64,000 nt of DNA from Paraspadella gotoi (GCA_051294375.1 CM119264.1:13660813-13724812), one strand, 5' to 3'. Counted from the stretch's first letter, positions 1 to 13,263 are shown. A program made the numbers and translations. The notes: generated from the sequence alone by a model not told the origin.

Positions 1-162
1 TCTCTCTCTCTCTCTCTCTTCTCTCTCTTCCCTTCCCCCATCTTTTCCTCTTCCTCATTTCTTCCTCCTCATAGCAAACGAGTCTGTATTCTTTTCCTAT
101 CGTCTTTTCTTCCGGATTCAATTCACCGTAATTGGAAAAGAAAATCTCTTCTCTCTCTTCTC

Positions 163-202
<40 letters not shown>

Positions 203-1037
203 CCTCTCTCTTCCCCCTCTTTTTCCATATTTACCGCATTATTACCATTAGAACGATTTGATTTGACAAAATATTTGATATATTAAACAAAATTAAACAA
301 ATTTTGATATTCAGGTTTTTTTGTCGATTCCTTTGTGTCACGTAAATTATCAAAAACAGAGAATCAAAAGCCATCAATGATAAATATTTTCATGAATTCT
401 TCTTCTTCCCATCATTTATTTATGGAAAATCGATGGAAAATAAATGAGTAAATAAGAAAATATCTCTCTCTCTCGCTCTTTCTCTCTCTCTCTTTTTCTC
501 TCTCTCACTCCAGTTGTTATAAACCTTATTTTTTATATTTTTACAGATCTGTTATCAACTTATTTTTTTTCTCATTGTGCATCGAATCAAAATCATTATG
601 CTCTGGTGCTCCGTTGAAGATAATTGTATGTTTTGTGCTTCTGTCTTACATTAAACTGTCATATATACAACCGTCAAACGTCATAAAAATGTGATAATAT
701 TGTCTTAAAACGATTATGCAACTTAAATATGAAAACGTCATAAAAAAATATCGTTAACAAGCGATTAAAAAAAAAAACATTTACAAAAAATCTGTCTTCG
801 GGAGCTACTGCGTCGAAATCGTTGGATCGAAAAATAATACAAGAATCAATTGTAAATGACGAAAAAATGTTAAAACCAAATATCATTCATTTTAATACAA
901 CTGATATGGAAACTTGGGTTACGATCCCCAAATTAATTTAAAGATATAACAACAACAGCGAAATAAAAAAACCCTCACATTTCTCTGTCTCTCTCTCTCT
1001 CTCTCTCTCTGTTTATCTCTATCTCCGAACCGGCGAC

Positions 1038-1460
1038 ATGAGTAACTACATCATGAACATCTTCCTTCGGGCGTGCAAGCCCTCGACGGAGGACGCGGTC
1101 ACGGCCGCCCCCAACAGCGCCGCCACCGCCTCTTCCGGTAATAGCGGCGTCGTTCCGGGCCACGCCAACCGCGACGGCGTCACTTCCGGCGGCGTGACTT
1201 ATTCTCCGGCGGCGTCGCGTCTCGGCGTCGCCAACCGTCGACCAAACGGATTTCAAAACGCGATGAACTACACGGTCGCCGATTTTCGACGTCGCGGCGA
1301 AGCAGTGACATCCGGTTTTAACGGCGTCGGCGATTACATACGGGAAGATCTTTGGCACCGTGGACCGCGAGTTGCATCCGGGTTTAATGGTGTCAGCGAA
1401 TACATACGGGAAGATTCGAACTGGGACGAGAATTGTTTGAGGAGGAGATCTAACGTTATC
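1038..1460 (+). CDS. Probable first coding exon of an orphan gene (141 codons, MSNYIMNIFLRACKPSTED...RRRSNVI)
   Basis: GC-rich island in AT-rich DNA, with ATG at 1038 and a consensus donor C|GTAAGT at 1461 in phase 0. An internal 15-aa repeat (1305-1349 vs 1371-1415) differs at 7 positions, 5 of them third codon positions and 4 synonymous. No family recognised. Confidence 0.6.
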
Positions 1461-1678
1461 GTAAGTTTTTTAGATTATTATCTCAAATACTTAAGTATTT
1501 AGGGTAATATTTTGTATATTTTTATTTGAGTTATTCCAAGAAACGCTTTATTAATTTAATTCCATATATATATTATTATTATTATATTATACATTGAACA
1601 AGAAATTTTCAAAATCCCGCCAAGGGTCGAACTCATCCAGTTCGAGTTCCACTTACGATGACCTTTCCTCATTCTCCA

Positions 1679-1740
1679 CATAGTTACATAGTTACATAGT
1701 TAGTAGCTACGTGTGATCGCCAAAGGAAACTGTCAAGTCT
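1679..1740 (-). mobile_element. Possible heavily 5'-truncated CR1/L2-type LINE 3' tail
   Basis: CATAGTTA x3 at 1679-1703 reads (TAACTATG)n on the minus strand, resembling the short tandem tails of CR1-group LINEs. CTTTCCTC occurs on both sides (1663-1670, 1741-1748). Confidence 0.3.
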
Positions 1741-1923
1741 CTTTCCTCCTCTCTCATTTCCATTTTTCTTCGGCTTCTTTTTCTTTCCTTTCTCTTCGGG
1801 AGTAATTAAGAATTTCAATATTTTTTTCATAATGAACTTTTTTTTTTGGTTTGCGTTTGAGTCATCTCATTATGTCAACCGTCGAGAGACGAAATAGGTC
1901 TGTCAATCTAAAAGCTATAATGA

Positions 1924-2523
1924 CACCTTTATGAACCAAAAAGAGATACGCTGCCTTTGTCATTCCCAAATTAAAAAAAGAATAAAAAAATAACTAACTC
2001 AATTTTAACTAAAAACAAACAATTTAATACTAAAAATGATGGCAAATTAAATTTGATTTTTTTCCCCTTATTTATCACTTGAGGTAGCAATCTTTTTTTG
2101 CCTCTATCTACTAAACGATTTGACCTACAGAAAAATAAAAGGAAGCTACTGAAAAGAAATTTAAAGTAGATTCTGATACGTTCTGATTTTTTAAAATCAA
2201 ACAAGTTTTTTAGTAGATATGTGGATAAGNNNNNNNNNNCACCTTTATGAACCAAAAAGAGATGCGCTGCCTTTGGCATTCCCAAATTAAAAAAAGAATA
2301 AAAAAATAACTAACTCAATATTAACTAAAAACAAAAAATTTAATACTAAAAATGATGGCAAATTAAATATGATTTTTTTTCTGTTATTTTTCATTTGAGG
2401 TACCAATCTACTAAACGATTTGACCTACAAAAAAATAAAAGGAAGCTACTGAAAAGAAATTTAAAGTAGATTCTGATACGTTCTGATTTTTTAAAAATCA
2501 AACAAGTTTTTTTTAGTAGATAT
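1924..2523. other. Near-identical ~290-bp copies on both sides of a 10-N gap (probable allelic overlap)
   Basis: 1924-2220 is repeated at 2240-2523 with a few substitutions and indels. The same pattern occurs at about 10776-10870, 19819-20046 and 57750-58116. Confidence 0.85.
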
Positions 2524-2524
2524 C

Positions 2525-2650
2525 GACTTTAATCCGTTTCTTCATTTCAAGTCTACTTACCATCTAGGAAAAAAGTGTATCAACTAAAAATTTGATACAC
2601 TTTTTTCCTAGATGGTAAGTAGACTTGGAATGAAGAAACGGATTAAAGTC
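2525..2650. repeat. Long near-perfect inverted repeat (59-bp arms, 8-nt loop)
   Basis: 2525-2583 is the reverse complement of 2592-2650 with one mismatch. The loop is CTAAAAAT. Confidence 0.95.
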
Positions 2651-3033
2651 AAATAAAAGAAGTGATAAGTAAAAGAACGAACCTAATTCTCAGAATAACG
2701 AGGTTGTACATAAGTAAAAAGAGAAAAAGAAGAAGAAAAACATGAATAAAATATGGCAAAAAAAGTAGAAAGGAAAAAAAAGTGAACAAGGAGTAAGACG
2801 AAGACTAGATGAAGGACGAAGACGCGTAGGAGAGGGAATTGTTTGTTTGGGAGCTTAAACTTTTGTTCCTTCGTTGTTTACCCCCGATTGTTTGTTTACA
2901 TCATAAACAAAGTCGCGCAAGAGACGGCTCGCTCGTGCCGCGTAGGAATCCGAAAGACAAAATGGAATTTTTATGATGATGAATAGAAAAAAAACGGCGA
3001 GAGAGAGAGAGAAGCAAGGCAGAGGAGAGAGAG

Positions 3034-3083
<50 letters not shown>

Positions 3084-3174
3084 GACATGGTAGAAAGACC
3101 GAGAGAGAGAGAAAGTGGATATAAAGTGGTTTCCTTTTACTAACCTGACCTTGTTTTTAATCTAATAAAATCAG

Positions 3175-3279
3175 GATGGCGGCAACAACAGTAACTATGA
3201 AGACGGGACAAATGGAAATCTTGATAACCTGAGGATTCACTTGTGTCTTAGAAAGAAGAGTGATTCAAGTCTAAAATAG
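3175..3279 (+). CDS. Candidate terminal exon for the 1038 gene (DGGNNSNYEDG...KSDSSLK*)
   Basis: Perfect branch-point TACTAAC at 3138-3144 and acceptor TCAG ending at 3174. The phase-0 frame is open for 34 codons to TAG at 3277-3279 and is compatible with the 1461 donor. The linkage is inferred. Confidence 0.35.
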   Translation, partial: DGGNNSNYEDGTNGNLDNLRIHLCLRKKSDSSLK

Positions 3280-3457
3280 CTTATGCCTCTTTATATATTA
3301 AGGGCAAGGAAATGAATGTCAATTCATTTACTGTTGCATTTATATGAAAGCTGCTCTTGGTTTTATTGAAAACAAAAAATATTCATTTTAAATATCAAAT
3401 AACGAAAAAGAAAGGAATAACATTGAATAAAATCAAATATCATAAAAACATTAATTG

Positions 3458-3556
3458 ATTAATTAATTAATCAATAATATTGTTAATTAATTAATTAATC
3501 AATAATCTTGTTTATTAATTAATTAATCAATAATCTTGTTTATTAATTAATTGATC
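3458..3556. repeat. AT-rich 28-bp minisatellite (~3.5 copies)
   Basis: ATTAATTAATTAATCAATAATCTTGTTT units at 3458, 3486 and 3514, with a partial unit at 3542. Confidence 0.85.
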
Positions 3557-3978
3557 AGTTAATTCATTTATTTATTAGCTCCACCGAGCCAAAAAAAGAA
3601 AAAAATTCTGCGAATGAGTCGAATCCGACTTCTTCCCCTCATAAAATCTGGATTAAAGAGAAAAGTTATTTTTAGCAACAGAAATTTGGAAGGAGCACGC
3701 GTGGTCGACTGTAGGGAAATGGGGACGAAGGAAGGAAGAAAACGAGTCTGATAATGAGGAGAAAAGAAGAAAGGAAGTTACGAAGAGGAAGGAAAAAAGG
3801 AATTGTGGAGACAAAAAACGTAAAGGATGGGTTGATAAGTGTAAATGCGCAATAATCCAACAAATAACAAACAAACAAGCAAACAACTACGAAAACGAAA
3901 ATGAGAAAGAAAGAAAAAGTATAAAATTTATAGAAACTGTGTAACGAATGTAATGAATAAATTTTATTCTCAAATTAT

Positions 3979-4081
3979 GATACAGATACATTGAGAAAGG
4001 TTTATTATTTTAAAAATAATAAACCTTTCTCAATATTCACTTCGCAACGAAAAGAGAGAAAAAAATACGATACAGATACAT
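3979..4081 (+). mobile_element. Mini fold-back insertion with 13-bp direct repeats
   Basis: GATACAGATACAT at 3979-3991 and 4069-4081 encloses a palindrome at 3990-4034 (22-bp arms, 1-nt centre) and a 34-nt unpaired tail at 4035-4068. Confidence 0.6.
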
Positions 4082-4832
4082 AAAATTGATACAAACTTCC
4101 GGTCTAATAAATTAGAAAATTACTTGCACCAAAAATAACGCCGGACGAATCGAAAATGAAAAGTAATATTTTTTACCACACCATTTGTTGTGTATACAAA
4201 ATAATCAAGAAGATAATTATGACTTTTCACTTATTATAACTTTGGAATAAAAAAAAATATTTCGCTTTTTCCGCCCTTGCAATCGAGATCTAGTTGCATC
4301 GGAATAAATTGTTGGTTCTTTCAATCAAATCATCACTGAATCAGCCAACTGAAAACTGGAAAGCCGATTAATTGTTTCTCGATAATATAACAGAGAAGAG
4401 TCGAACAACAATAAGCCTTGGCCTTGCCTAGTGCGGCTTCAATCAGAGTCGTGCGAAACTAATTAATGAAAAATAAGTATTACGCAGAGACCCGAAAGTC
4501 AAGATCTTGAAAACAACGTCGAATAACCAGAGAAGAATATCCAGAATATCGCCAGAAGACAAGGACAAAAAAAAATCCAGATGGCAGCAGCAGCTAAAAC
4601 CATGAGGGCAATACGAAAGCGACGACGACGACAACGACGACGACGACGACGAAGAGCCCTCCTCCCCGAAAAGAAATTCCTGGGTCTGCGGAATGGAGTC
4701 TTTATTAGAACTTATCAGCCCATAAAGTTGCCCGCCGGTCCTCACTTTCCCTCGTAGACTCTTGCAACGAACTCATTAACTGGGATTTTCGAGAAAGGGG
4801 GGAGGTCTCTCACTCTCTCTAGATCTCAATCT

Positions 4833-4870
<38 letters not shown>

Positions 4871-5921
4871 GATTCTCTGCCGGAATAATTTTTCCCGCAC
4901 CCAAAAGATAAAAACATATGATGAGGACGTTATCGTGGTCGTTGTCATCGTCGTCATCGTCGTCGCCATCGCCGCAGTTGTTATCAGAAGACAAAAAAAA
5001 AGTATCATTTCGAAAACATTAATGACAAAAAGGCTAAATTGCAATATCGAAGAACATGAAAGTGACCCCCCAGGAGGAAAGTCCACCTGGTTGAAGACAA
5101 CGACGACGACGACAACGACAACGACGAGGACAGTAACAATAACCATAAAAACAATGAGGAGAAAAACGACTGCGATGAAGGAGAAAACTAGAGAGACGCC
5201 GATAACGGGGTTTAAGAAATACGACGAAAGAAGAAGAAGGGGCGCGTCTCCGAGGGACCTTAACTGTTGGACATGAGTTCGAAGGAGTCTTTGTAATAAT
5301 TCAATTTTCTAATTTAATCGATTGGTTGTTGTTTTTCATTCAATAATTATCTTTAATCTGACTTTTTTAAAACCTAACACATTTGAGATTATTGGGGCAA
5401 CGGAGACAACGACTTATTTCGTTTCGCCGGGAATTGAGGCGAAGTCTAAATGGGATGACAACAACGAAGATGACGACGATCAGGACGACGACCATGGCCC
5501 GACACCACAAAGTCCGAATGACTCTCATTGGAATATATTTCATCTGAACACCCAACCGAAAAGCGACGACGACGACGACGATGATAACGACGATGGCGAC
5601 CTTTCACGGTAGGAAATTCCGTTGATGTAAAAGGAAATGATGCATCTAGTTTGAATATATTTTTTTTCAAATATCATCGCTTTCTGTACAAGTAATATTA
5701 TTATACTAGTGATTTAACTTTTGGTTTATAGGATATGAAGCGGAAAAATAAGGTTAAAAATGAACATACTGAAGTAAATAAAGATNNNNNNNNNNGTGCA
5801 AATTACTTTCTGGGTTCGAAAACAAAATTTTTATACCATTAAAGATTTTTTTTTAAGAAGTACATTTCGGAAAGGAGACTAATGGATTTTTTCCACTTCG
5901 TCCGGACCGAGTGATCTAGAA

Positions 5922-5987
<66 letters not shown>

Positions 5988-8521
5988 GAAGGAAACTAAC
6001 AAAGTTCGTGCAACTAAGTTTAACTCAGGAGGAAATGAATGAATAAAGAGGGACGACTGAGAAACTAGACTTTTAATACGTATTATTTATTAAAGAGAGG
6101 TAAAAAGATGAGAGGGTCTTAATTAATGAACAAGTTGGTGTTTTAAAAAATGAATCATTCATTTTTAAAATTTTTTAATAATGAAGATTCAGGATAATGA
6201 CTCTTACCAAGAACAACGACGGGTTAAAAACTTCGCTCTGTGTGAACAGCTTAGTTATTTCTCTTGACATAAAGTTATAAGTATAAATATTCCGTTACGT
6301 AATGTTAGTTTTTTTCCGACCAACATAATTTCTTTGAACAATACATAAAATATTAAGATAAAAGCGAAAAATAAAAAAAAAATCCACAAAATATGGTTGG
6401 CTATAAATCTTGAGCACCGAGGCGGCGATGCGGTAATTGGGCCGCTGCGGTGTTCTAGCGGCGCCGGTATGGCTACGTGCAGCGCCGGTGCCATTTCCTC
6501 GCAGTGCCGATGCGGGCGGCGATGTTTAGACCGAAAGATACCGGAACGCCGATAATTTTAAATCCCGGGGGGTCCTTGAAAATGCAAGGGTGATGTGCAG
6601 GGTGGATCGGGAGAAGGAGGAGGAGGAGGAGGAGGAGGTGAAAGCAATGACTGAGTTAATGAATAAATGAGATGACGATAGATTTGGAAAACCGAGTGAA
6701 AAATCACCAAACGCGTTGGAGGAAAAAAAAAAAGGGCGCGAGATAAGGAACGGAGGGCTTAAAATAGGGAGGAGAGAGGGAGGAGAGAGGGAGTAGGGGA
6801 AGGAAATGAGATATGGAGACCATGAAAGCAAATTAGGTGGAATGAAATGTGAAATGAGGGAGAATGAGTGACAGGAAAAAATGCCAGGGGGTGTGTGGAG
6901 GAAGAGGATCAGAAGAGAAGTAAAAAGAACTAAAAACAAATGAAAAGAAGGGAAATATGCGGATAAAAGTTAATCATACATCAACTCTTAATCAATTTCC
7001 AGAGAACCAATCCATATTTTCGTTTGCGCTACAAATGGTTCGCTCTCATTTTTTCGTCGTCTTTCACGAGCGACTGCGGAAACGAATGTGAAAAGGAAAG
7101 GGTGAAAAGTTCACCACAAAGAAAAACGTTGGACGGAAAGAAAATGAAAAGACAGAAAAAAGAAAGTAAATAAATCGAAGAAATAAAAAAACGAAATGAA
7201 AACAGAGAAGATAGGGAGGGAAAAAGAGTGGGTGGGAGAGAGAGAGAGAGGGAGAGAGGAAGGAACAAAAGGTAGTAAATTGATGAATAAAGAGACTAAG
7301 GGAATGAAAGGGAAAAGAGGAAGGGAGAAATTGAAAAAGATAAATACTTTGTTAGCGTGACGGAGATGAGAGTAAGAGAGGAAAGAAAAGGGGAAAAGGA
7401 GACCAGGCTAAAGAACAAATATTTAGAAAAAGAAAAGGAAAAAGAGAGAGAGAGAGGGAGAAAGAGAGAGCACTTAGGACACCAAAAGATGATGGAGTTA
7501 AGCCGAAAAGGGAGACGAGAGAAAAATGGGTAAGTTTTACCGATGGAGATGAAAAGTGAGGAAAAGGAGAGAAATAAAAGAACGGCCTTTAAGCCGCGAG
7601 GAATGAGGAGACACAAAAGAAAATGGACATAATATATGAAGACGAGAAAAGAGAACAATAGACTGGAGAGACAATGGAATGTTTGACGTTGTCGATGAGG
7701 TATTAAGAAGAGAGAAAGAAAAAATAAGAACCGAATAATAAAAGAAGGAAAAGTAAAGAGAAAAATGATACCCCTGCTTCGTTCCTAAGGAGGAAAGGAC
7801 ATAAAAAGGAAAGAAAACGAGGCAAGAGTCAGAAGTGAAGGTCTTTCCTCGGAGGAAAAGGGAAAAAAAAGTGCAAATAAACAAGATGAGGAAACGACGA
7901 TGGGGTGGCTGTTGATGGGGAGATGGAGTGATGGAGAGAAAGAGACGAAGCGAAGAAACTCAAACAAAAAAAATAAATGGGAGAAATGAGGAAAAAGCGA
8001 AGGAAAATAAAAAAAAGGAAAGTTTATTTGAGTTAAGAAGAAAAGAGAGAAAGGATACGAAGGAGAAGGAAGGAGGCAAAAACGCCTGCGATCTAAAAGG
8101 CGAGAAATTGACAACGAAAACGGCGAAAATAAATCAAATTATCTTCGACTGTCTTTCCAGCGACGAAAGTGGAAAGAGAGAGGGAGAGGGCGTTGGAGAG
8201 AGAGAGAGAGAGGCAGAGGGTGCAAAAGTAAGATAACTTTCGCTTTTGCTAGTGAATTCTGGTTTACGAGCAAAGACAAATATATGAAACGTTAAACTTC
8301 ATCTGTTTTCCTTTGTCCATAAATTTGAAGGTTAAAAAATGAACAGACTTTGTTTTTTGTTTCCTTTATCCTAGTGTTTAACCATTTTCCCAAATTCTAT
8401 CGTTTGTCAAACTCACTGACAGGAAAAAAGATTTTCTGAATAAATGGCGCATAATTCAGCGACCGGACAAAAAGTAGCCTCGCAGGGGCAAAAAAAATTC
8501 CAAGCACGGAAAATTCGATTA

Positions 8522-8590
<69 letters not shown>

Positions 8591-8915
8591 CATCCATACC
8601 TCTATATTTTTCTTTTCTCTCTATCTCTATTTCTCTCTCTCGTTCTCTCTCTGTTCCCCCACACTTTCTCTCTTTTTTCTGACACTCAACTAAAAAAAGC
8701 TTAACACGAAATTCCTGGATTGCAGAATCGCATACAATAAATTTAAATAGTCACGTGATAATTGACTTTTGTCAAAATCTTTATCTTTTTTATTAAATGA
8801 CTTTTTGATTAATTTAAATTTTTATTTCGTCATCAAATTTACGTTAAGTATATATAGCAAACAAGTTGATAAATTGTTTTTTCATTCTTTTTAATCATTC
8901 TTTTCACCCATTTAT

Positions 8916-9146
8916 TCCTCTATCATTGATAAAGAAAAACATCGATTTGGGAAACAGTGCTAATTTTATTTAGACCATGCATTCAAACCATTTAGCTGGT
9001 TCATTATTCAAGGCCAGAGAAAATGGTTTGAAATGCATGGTTTGAATGCATGGTCTAAATAAAATTAGCACTGTTTCCCAAATCGATGTTTTTCTTTATC
9101 AAACTACTCGGTGCATGAGATGACACTTAACAATCCTCTATCATTG
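8916..9146 (+). mobile_element. Fold-back insertion with 13-bp direct repeats, probably a truncated Penelope-like element
   Basis: TCCTCTATCATTG at 8916-8928 and 9134-9146 encloses perfect ~66-bp inverted arms spanning 8926-9102 and a 31-nt tail at 9103-9133. The loop region carries AGGCCA-GAGAAAA-TGGTTT-GAAA-TGCA-T, resembling the 3' half of a minimal hammerhead. Confidence 0.65.
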
Positions 9147-9239
9147 TTAATATTCGTTTATATTCATTCAATCATACATTTATACATTCATTCTTTCATT
9201 CATTCATTCATTCATTCATTTATACATTATTTCTTTCTT

Positions 9240-9298
<59 letters not shown>

Positions 9299-11473
9299 CC
9301 CGCCAAGTTCTCTTCCCTCCTCATTTCTCCCGGAATCACCAGCCGCTCGCGTGAAAATGTGTGTGAGAACGATGTGAACGAGAGAGAAGAGGAGGAGAGG
9401 CGGAGGAGGAAAGTGAAAAGGGAAGAGGAGAGGTTTCTCCGTTTTTTTTTTAAAGATGGCGTCGGTAGCACATAGCGTGAGGGACGAAGACGACAACATT
9501 GACGCCAGGGCAAATGAAAATAAGAATCCCTGGTCACAATTGGTCACTGGTCGCTGGTCAGGATCGCCTAAAAAAGAAAATTGTCTAATGAGTATATACC
9601 TTTTTAATATGACTAACTACTATAAATACAAACGCATTTCATCCTTTACAAACGATAAAGGTTGAAAATATTCAAAATAATAATTTTTCTATACTTACTA
9701 GAAGGCGGGACTTCGCCCTGGTTGACATTATAGGACACGATCCCTCACGAGTCAACGACCGGGAAAAAAGAAAAGAGAAACCAGCTGATTCGCTGGAGGA
9801 ATGAGGAAGAAGAGAGACCGTAGGCGGAGGAAGGGGAGGAAGAAGAGAGGAGAAGGAAGAGAGAAAAACAAAGACCGAGAAAGAAGAGAAAGTAAAGAAA
9901 TAAATAAAAATGTTGCCCAGAGAATGAAAAGCTTAGTGTAGTAACTAGACAGAAAAAAAAAAGAAAAAAAAAGAGACATTATAAAATTTCTTTTGTCCCA
10001 CATGTGCTATTGTATCACTTCTGTTACGAGTCTAACTCTAATCAATCTGTATTGCCATGCGAATTATTGCTTGCGTTAGTTCCACCCGGGATAATCCACT
10101 GTCAGACTTCTATGCTACTCGATACAAAATGTAGACATCCAAGACATCCATCTGGACATCCAAGAGTCTACTGATTGATTGACCACTTGCAATTGACCCT
10201 CTGTGAATTATTAATATATCTTAAGAAACATATTATCGATGAAAGACATTTTTCTCTCTAAATATTGTCTGTTTTAAAAATCTGAGGTTTTGTTAGTTGT
10301 CACGCCTAATCCTATATGAAAATTTATTTGATTCAATGGTTCACTTAGGTTTAAAAACATGGATCAGAGGTTTAGTTAATATAAGTTTATTTTATAAGTT
10401 TACGTTTGGTAGTTCCAATTTCATAAACATCATGTTATCATAAAATATTATATATTGTTCCATCTGCCAATGCTAAACGATTCAGTTAATATTATAATTA
10501 TAATATGATATATAATAATATAATATAATTATAATAATTATAATCATAATTTTGCGAATATTATTATTACTATCAAAGTAAAAAACAAATGGTTTTTTTC
10601 CTGCCTTCATGCGTTCTCTATCGACAGTATTTGAAAGTAAAGAGAAAAAGCAAAAGAACATCGCTGATGATGAACTTTCAAAGAATGCTTTTGTTTTCAT
10701 AGTAATAGTAATAAAAAGTAAGAAATTTCAGAAAAAAATTGAAAAGATTATGTATGATTTTTTTATTTTATACTTTTTTTTGGTTTTTACTCTGTTTTCG
10801 ATATGAAATAACACAATTTTNNNNNNNNNNTTTTGGTTTGTTACTCTGTTTTCGATATGAAATAATAAAATTTTTTCTCCATTTGCTGAAAAATTTTTAA
10901 ACAATAAAAAAAAATACTTCAAAATCTCCCCAATAAGTTTATCTGTTTTAATTAATTTTTACAATCTCACTCTAATCTTTCTTGCTCTTTTTACTTTTAA
11001 CGCAACCTCAACGGGATTTTTATAGGTAAGTAATTTCTATTCATAATAAATATTGTTTTGAATGTGACTAAATATAGTGTTTCATTGCAAGCCCTAATTT
11101 TATCACATGTACTTTGGTTACGTTATTTCGGAATATTTAAATTTAAAGAAAAAAAAACAACCAAAAAAACAAACAGACCTGTTGTTTCGATCGTTAAAGA
11201 CGACCTGACAAAGAGATAACGCCGAAATGCCACATATACTAGCTCGAATTTCCTCCCAACTCAGTGTGATTTGCTGCGGATGTGATTTGCTGTGAGACCA
11301 AGAGAGAGAGAGGGAGAGAGAGAGAGAGCAATCAATAGAGAGAAACAGACAAAAGAGGAGCCTCTTTCTCTCTCTCTCTCTTCCTTCTCACGTTTTGCTC
11401 ATAACACGACAATTTACTCTCCGTTTCAGACCCCTCTGGGAGAGAAGGGAGAGAAGGAAAGAGGGTAGAGACT

Positions 11474-11523
<50 letters not shown>

Positions 11524-13263
11524 GGGACAGAAAGCTGAGAGACGCGACGAGGAGAGGGACGAAGAAAAAAGATCGAGTTTCTCAATTTGAGTAGAAGTGG
11601 AAAGAAATGACCCGTTTCAGTTCATCCGACCCCAACAACTTTTGTCGACCTCAACCATCTTTGCCGACCCAAAACCGGCGTCACCGAAGCTAAGCCAATG
11701 CTGACGTCGACGCCAAGCCATTTCCAGTGTTGACGCAGAGCCAACGTGATTACAACGCAAAAATGAGGAAAATGATAAAGATCGAATACACTGCCTGTCG
11801 GTGCCTGTCCAGTGTCCGCCGGTTTTAGATTAGCGATGCGTCTCGTTCCGTGTAGACTTCAGCGATTCCTTTCCTCGCTTTGACCATTGTGCCAGATTGT
11901 GAATTCCATGCTGGGGACGATTATTATTACTAAGTTTCTTCATATGAAATAAATTGTAAAATATGATTGTTTTCTCCAGCGGTTACCCCATCAGTGACAG
12001 AATCGAGTCTGTCCATCACGGTGATCGTGCTGCCTCTGAATTCCTAAAATATCGACAAAAACATCGGCCTTCTCCGTCGGGTCTTTCTTGCAAAAGGCGC
12101 ATATGGAATGGGAATGGCTTTCGTCGTCGTCGTCGTCGTCGTCGTAAAAAAGTTACGCATCTAAAAATATCGAAAAGCGACAGTTAGTTGTCATTTTATT
12201 GTTTCGTGTTTGTTTTTACTCTTCCGTTTTTGTTTCAATGGTAACCTCGAATAGTCTCATAAAAGTAACCGTAAACTTTATAAGTCTTGCTGTCGTTGTC
12301 GTTGACTCGTTTTTACAATAGTCATTTTATGTTCATGAGTTACGAGAGTGAGAATATCGATCAGGTCTCAAACTCTTAAAACCAGATAGACAAACCAATG
12401 TTGTTTTTCGTTGTGATTGTCATACAAATGCCTTGCCTCGGATTTTCAGTTGTTTTTTTTTGTTTCCTTGTTCAGAGTTTTTCGCCATCTTCATCGTCGT
12501 CATTGTCGTCGTTGTTGTCAAGGATGAGCGCTCGAGTTGCTGAGCAAAAAAGAAAGGATCAGGAAAAGTTTAAAAAAAGGGAAAAAAACGTGGAACGGGA
12601 AGAAAGAAGACTCGAGCTTCGTCCCAGAGTTTTTTTTAGGGTCTCTTTCCTTCAACGATCGTCGGAGCAACAATCCGTAACACCAGAATGGGCTTTGCTG
12701 AATGAGCATTGTTCTTCACTGTTTCTATTCTCCTTTGCCCCCCCTCTCCGCCATCGGCGTTCGGGGTTCCCCCGGCCCCGTCTCGTGCTCCTGTTCCGGT
12801 ATTTATCGAAAAAAGCTCGGTCATCTTTTATCAGATTATGTTTGTATTTTTTTTTCCCGTTGAATTAATATAAATATAAGAAAGCGAAAACTATACGTTA
12901 AAAATGGAACGACATGCGACAACCGAGCGGGACGTTAACTGTTAACTGCCTCATTAAATTTCTCACTCGAAAAGTCACTAAATGTTGTGCAACGGGTTAT
13001 TCTCTGTAAGAGTTTCGACAACATCCCAAAACAACCATTCTCACACTCTCACTCTCGCTTTCTTTTTCTTTTTCTTTTTCTTTTTCTTTTTCTTTTTCTC
13101 TTCCCTTCAATCTTCCAACTTCCCTCTATTTCTCCCCTCTCCTCTTCCTGTTGGCCGCGCCTTTAGTCTTTAGGCCAAATCTTCTCAGCCACCGAGGGTT
13201 TCCAATAATTCACAGTTTCTTCGCTGATAGAAATTGCCCATCATCATGCTCCTTTCCAAGGAT

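Noticed and set aside
5382-5608. Asp-rich frame ending at CG|GTAGGA as an exon
   Set aside because: No convincing acceptor or homology, and (GAC)n tracts are ubiquitous in non-coding DNA here.
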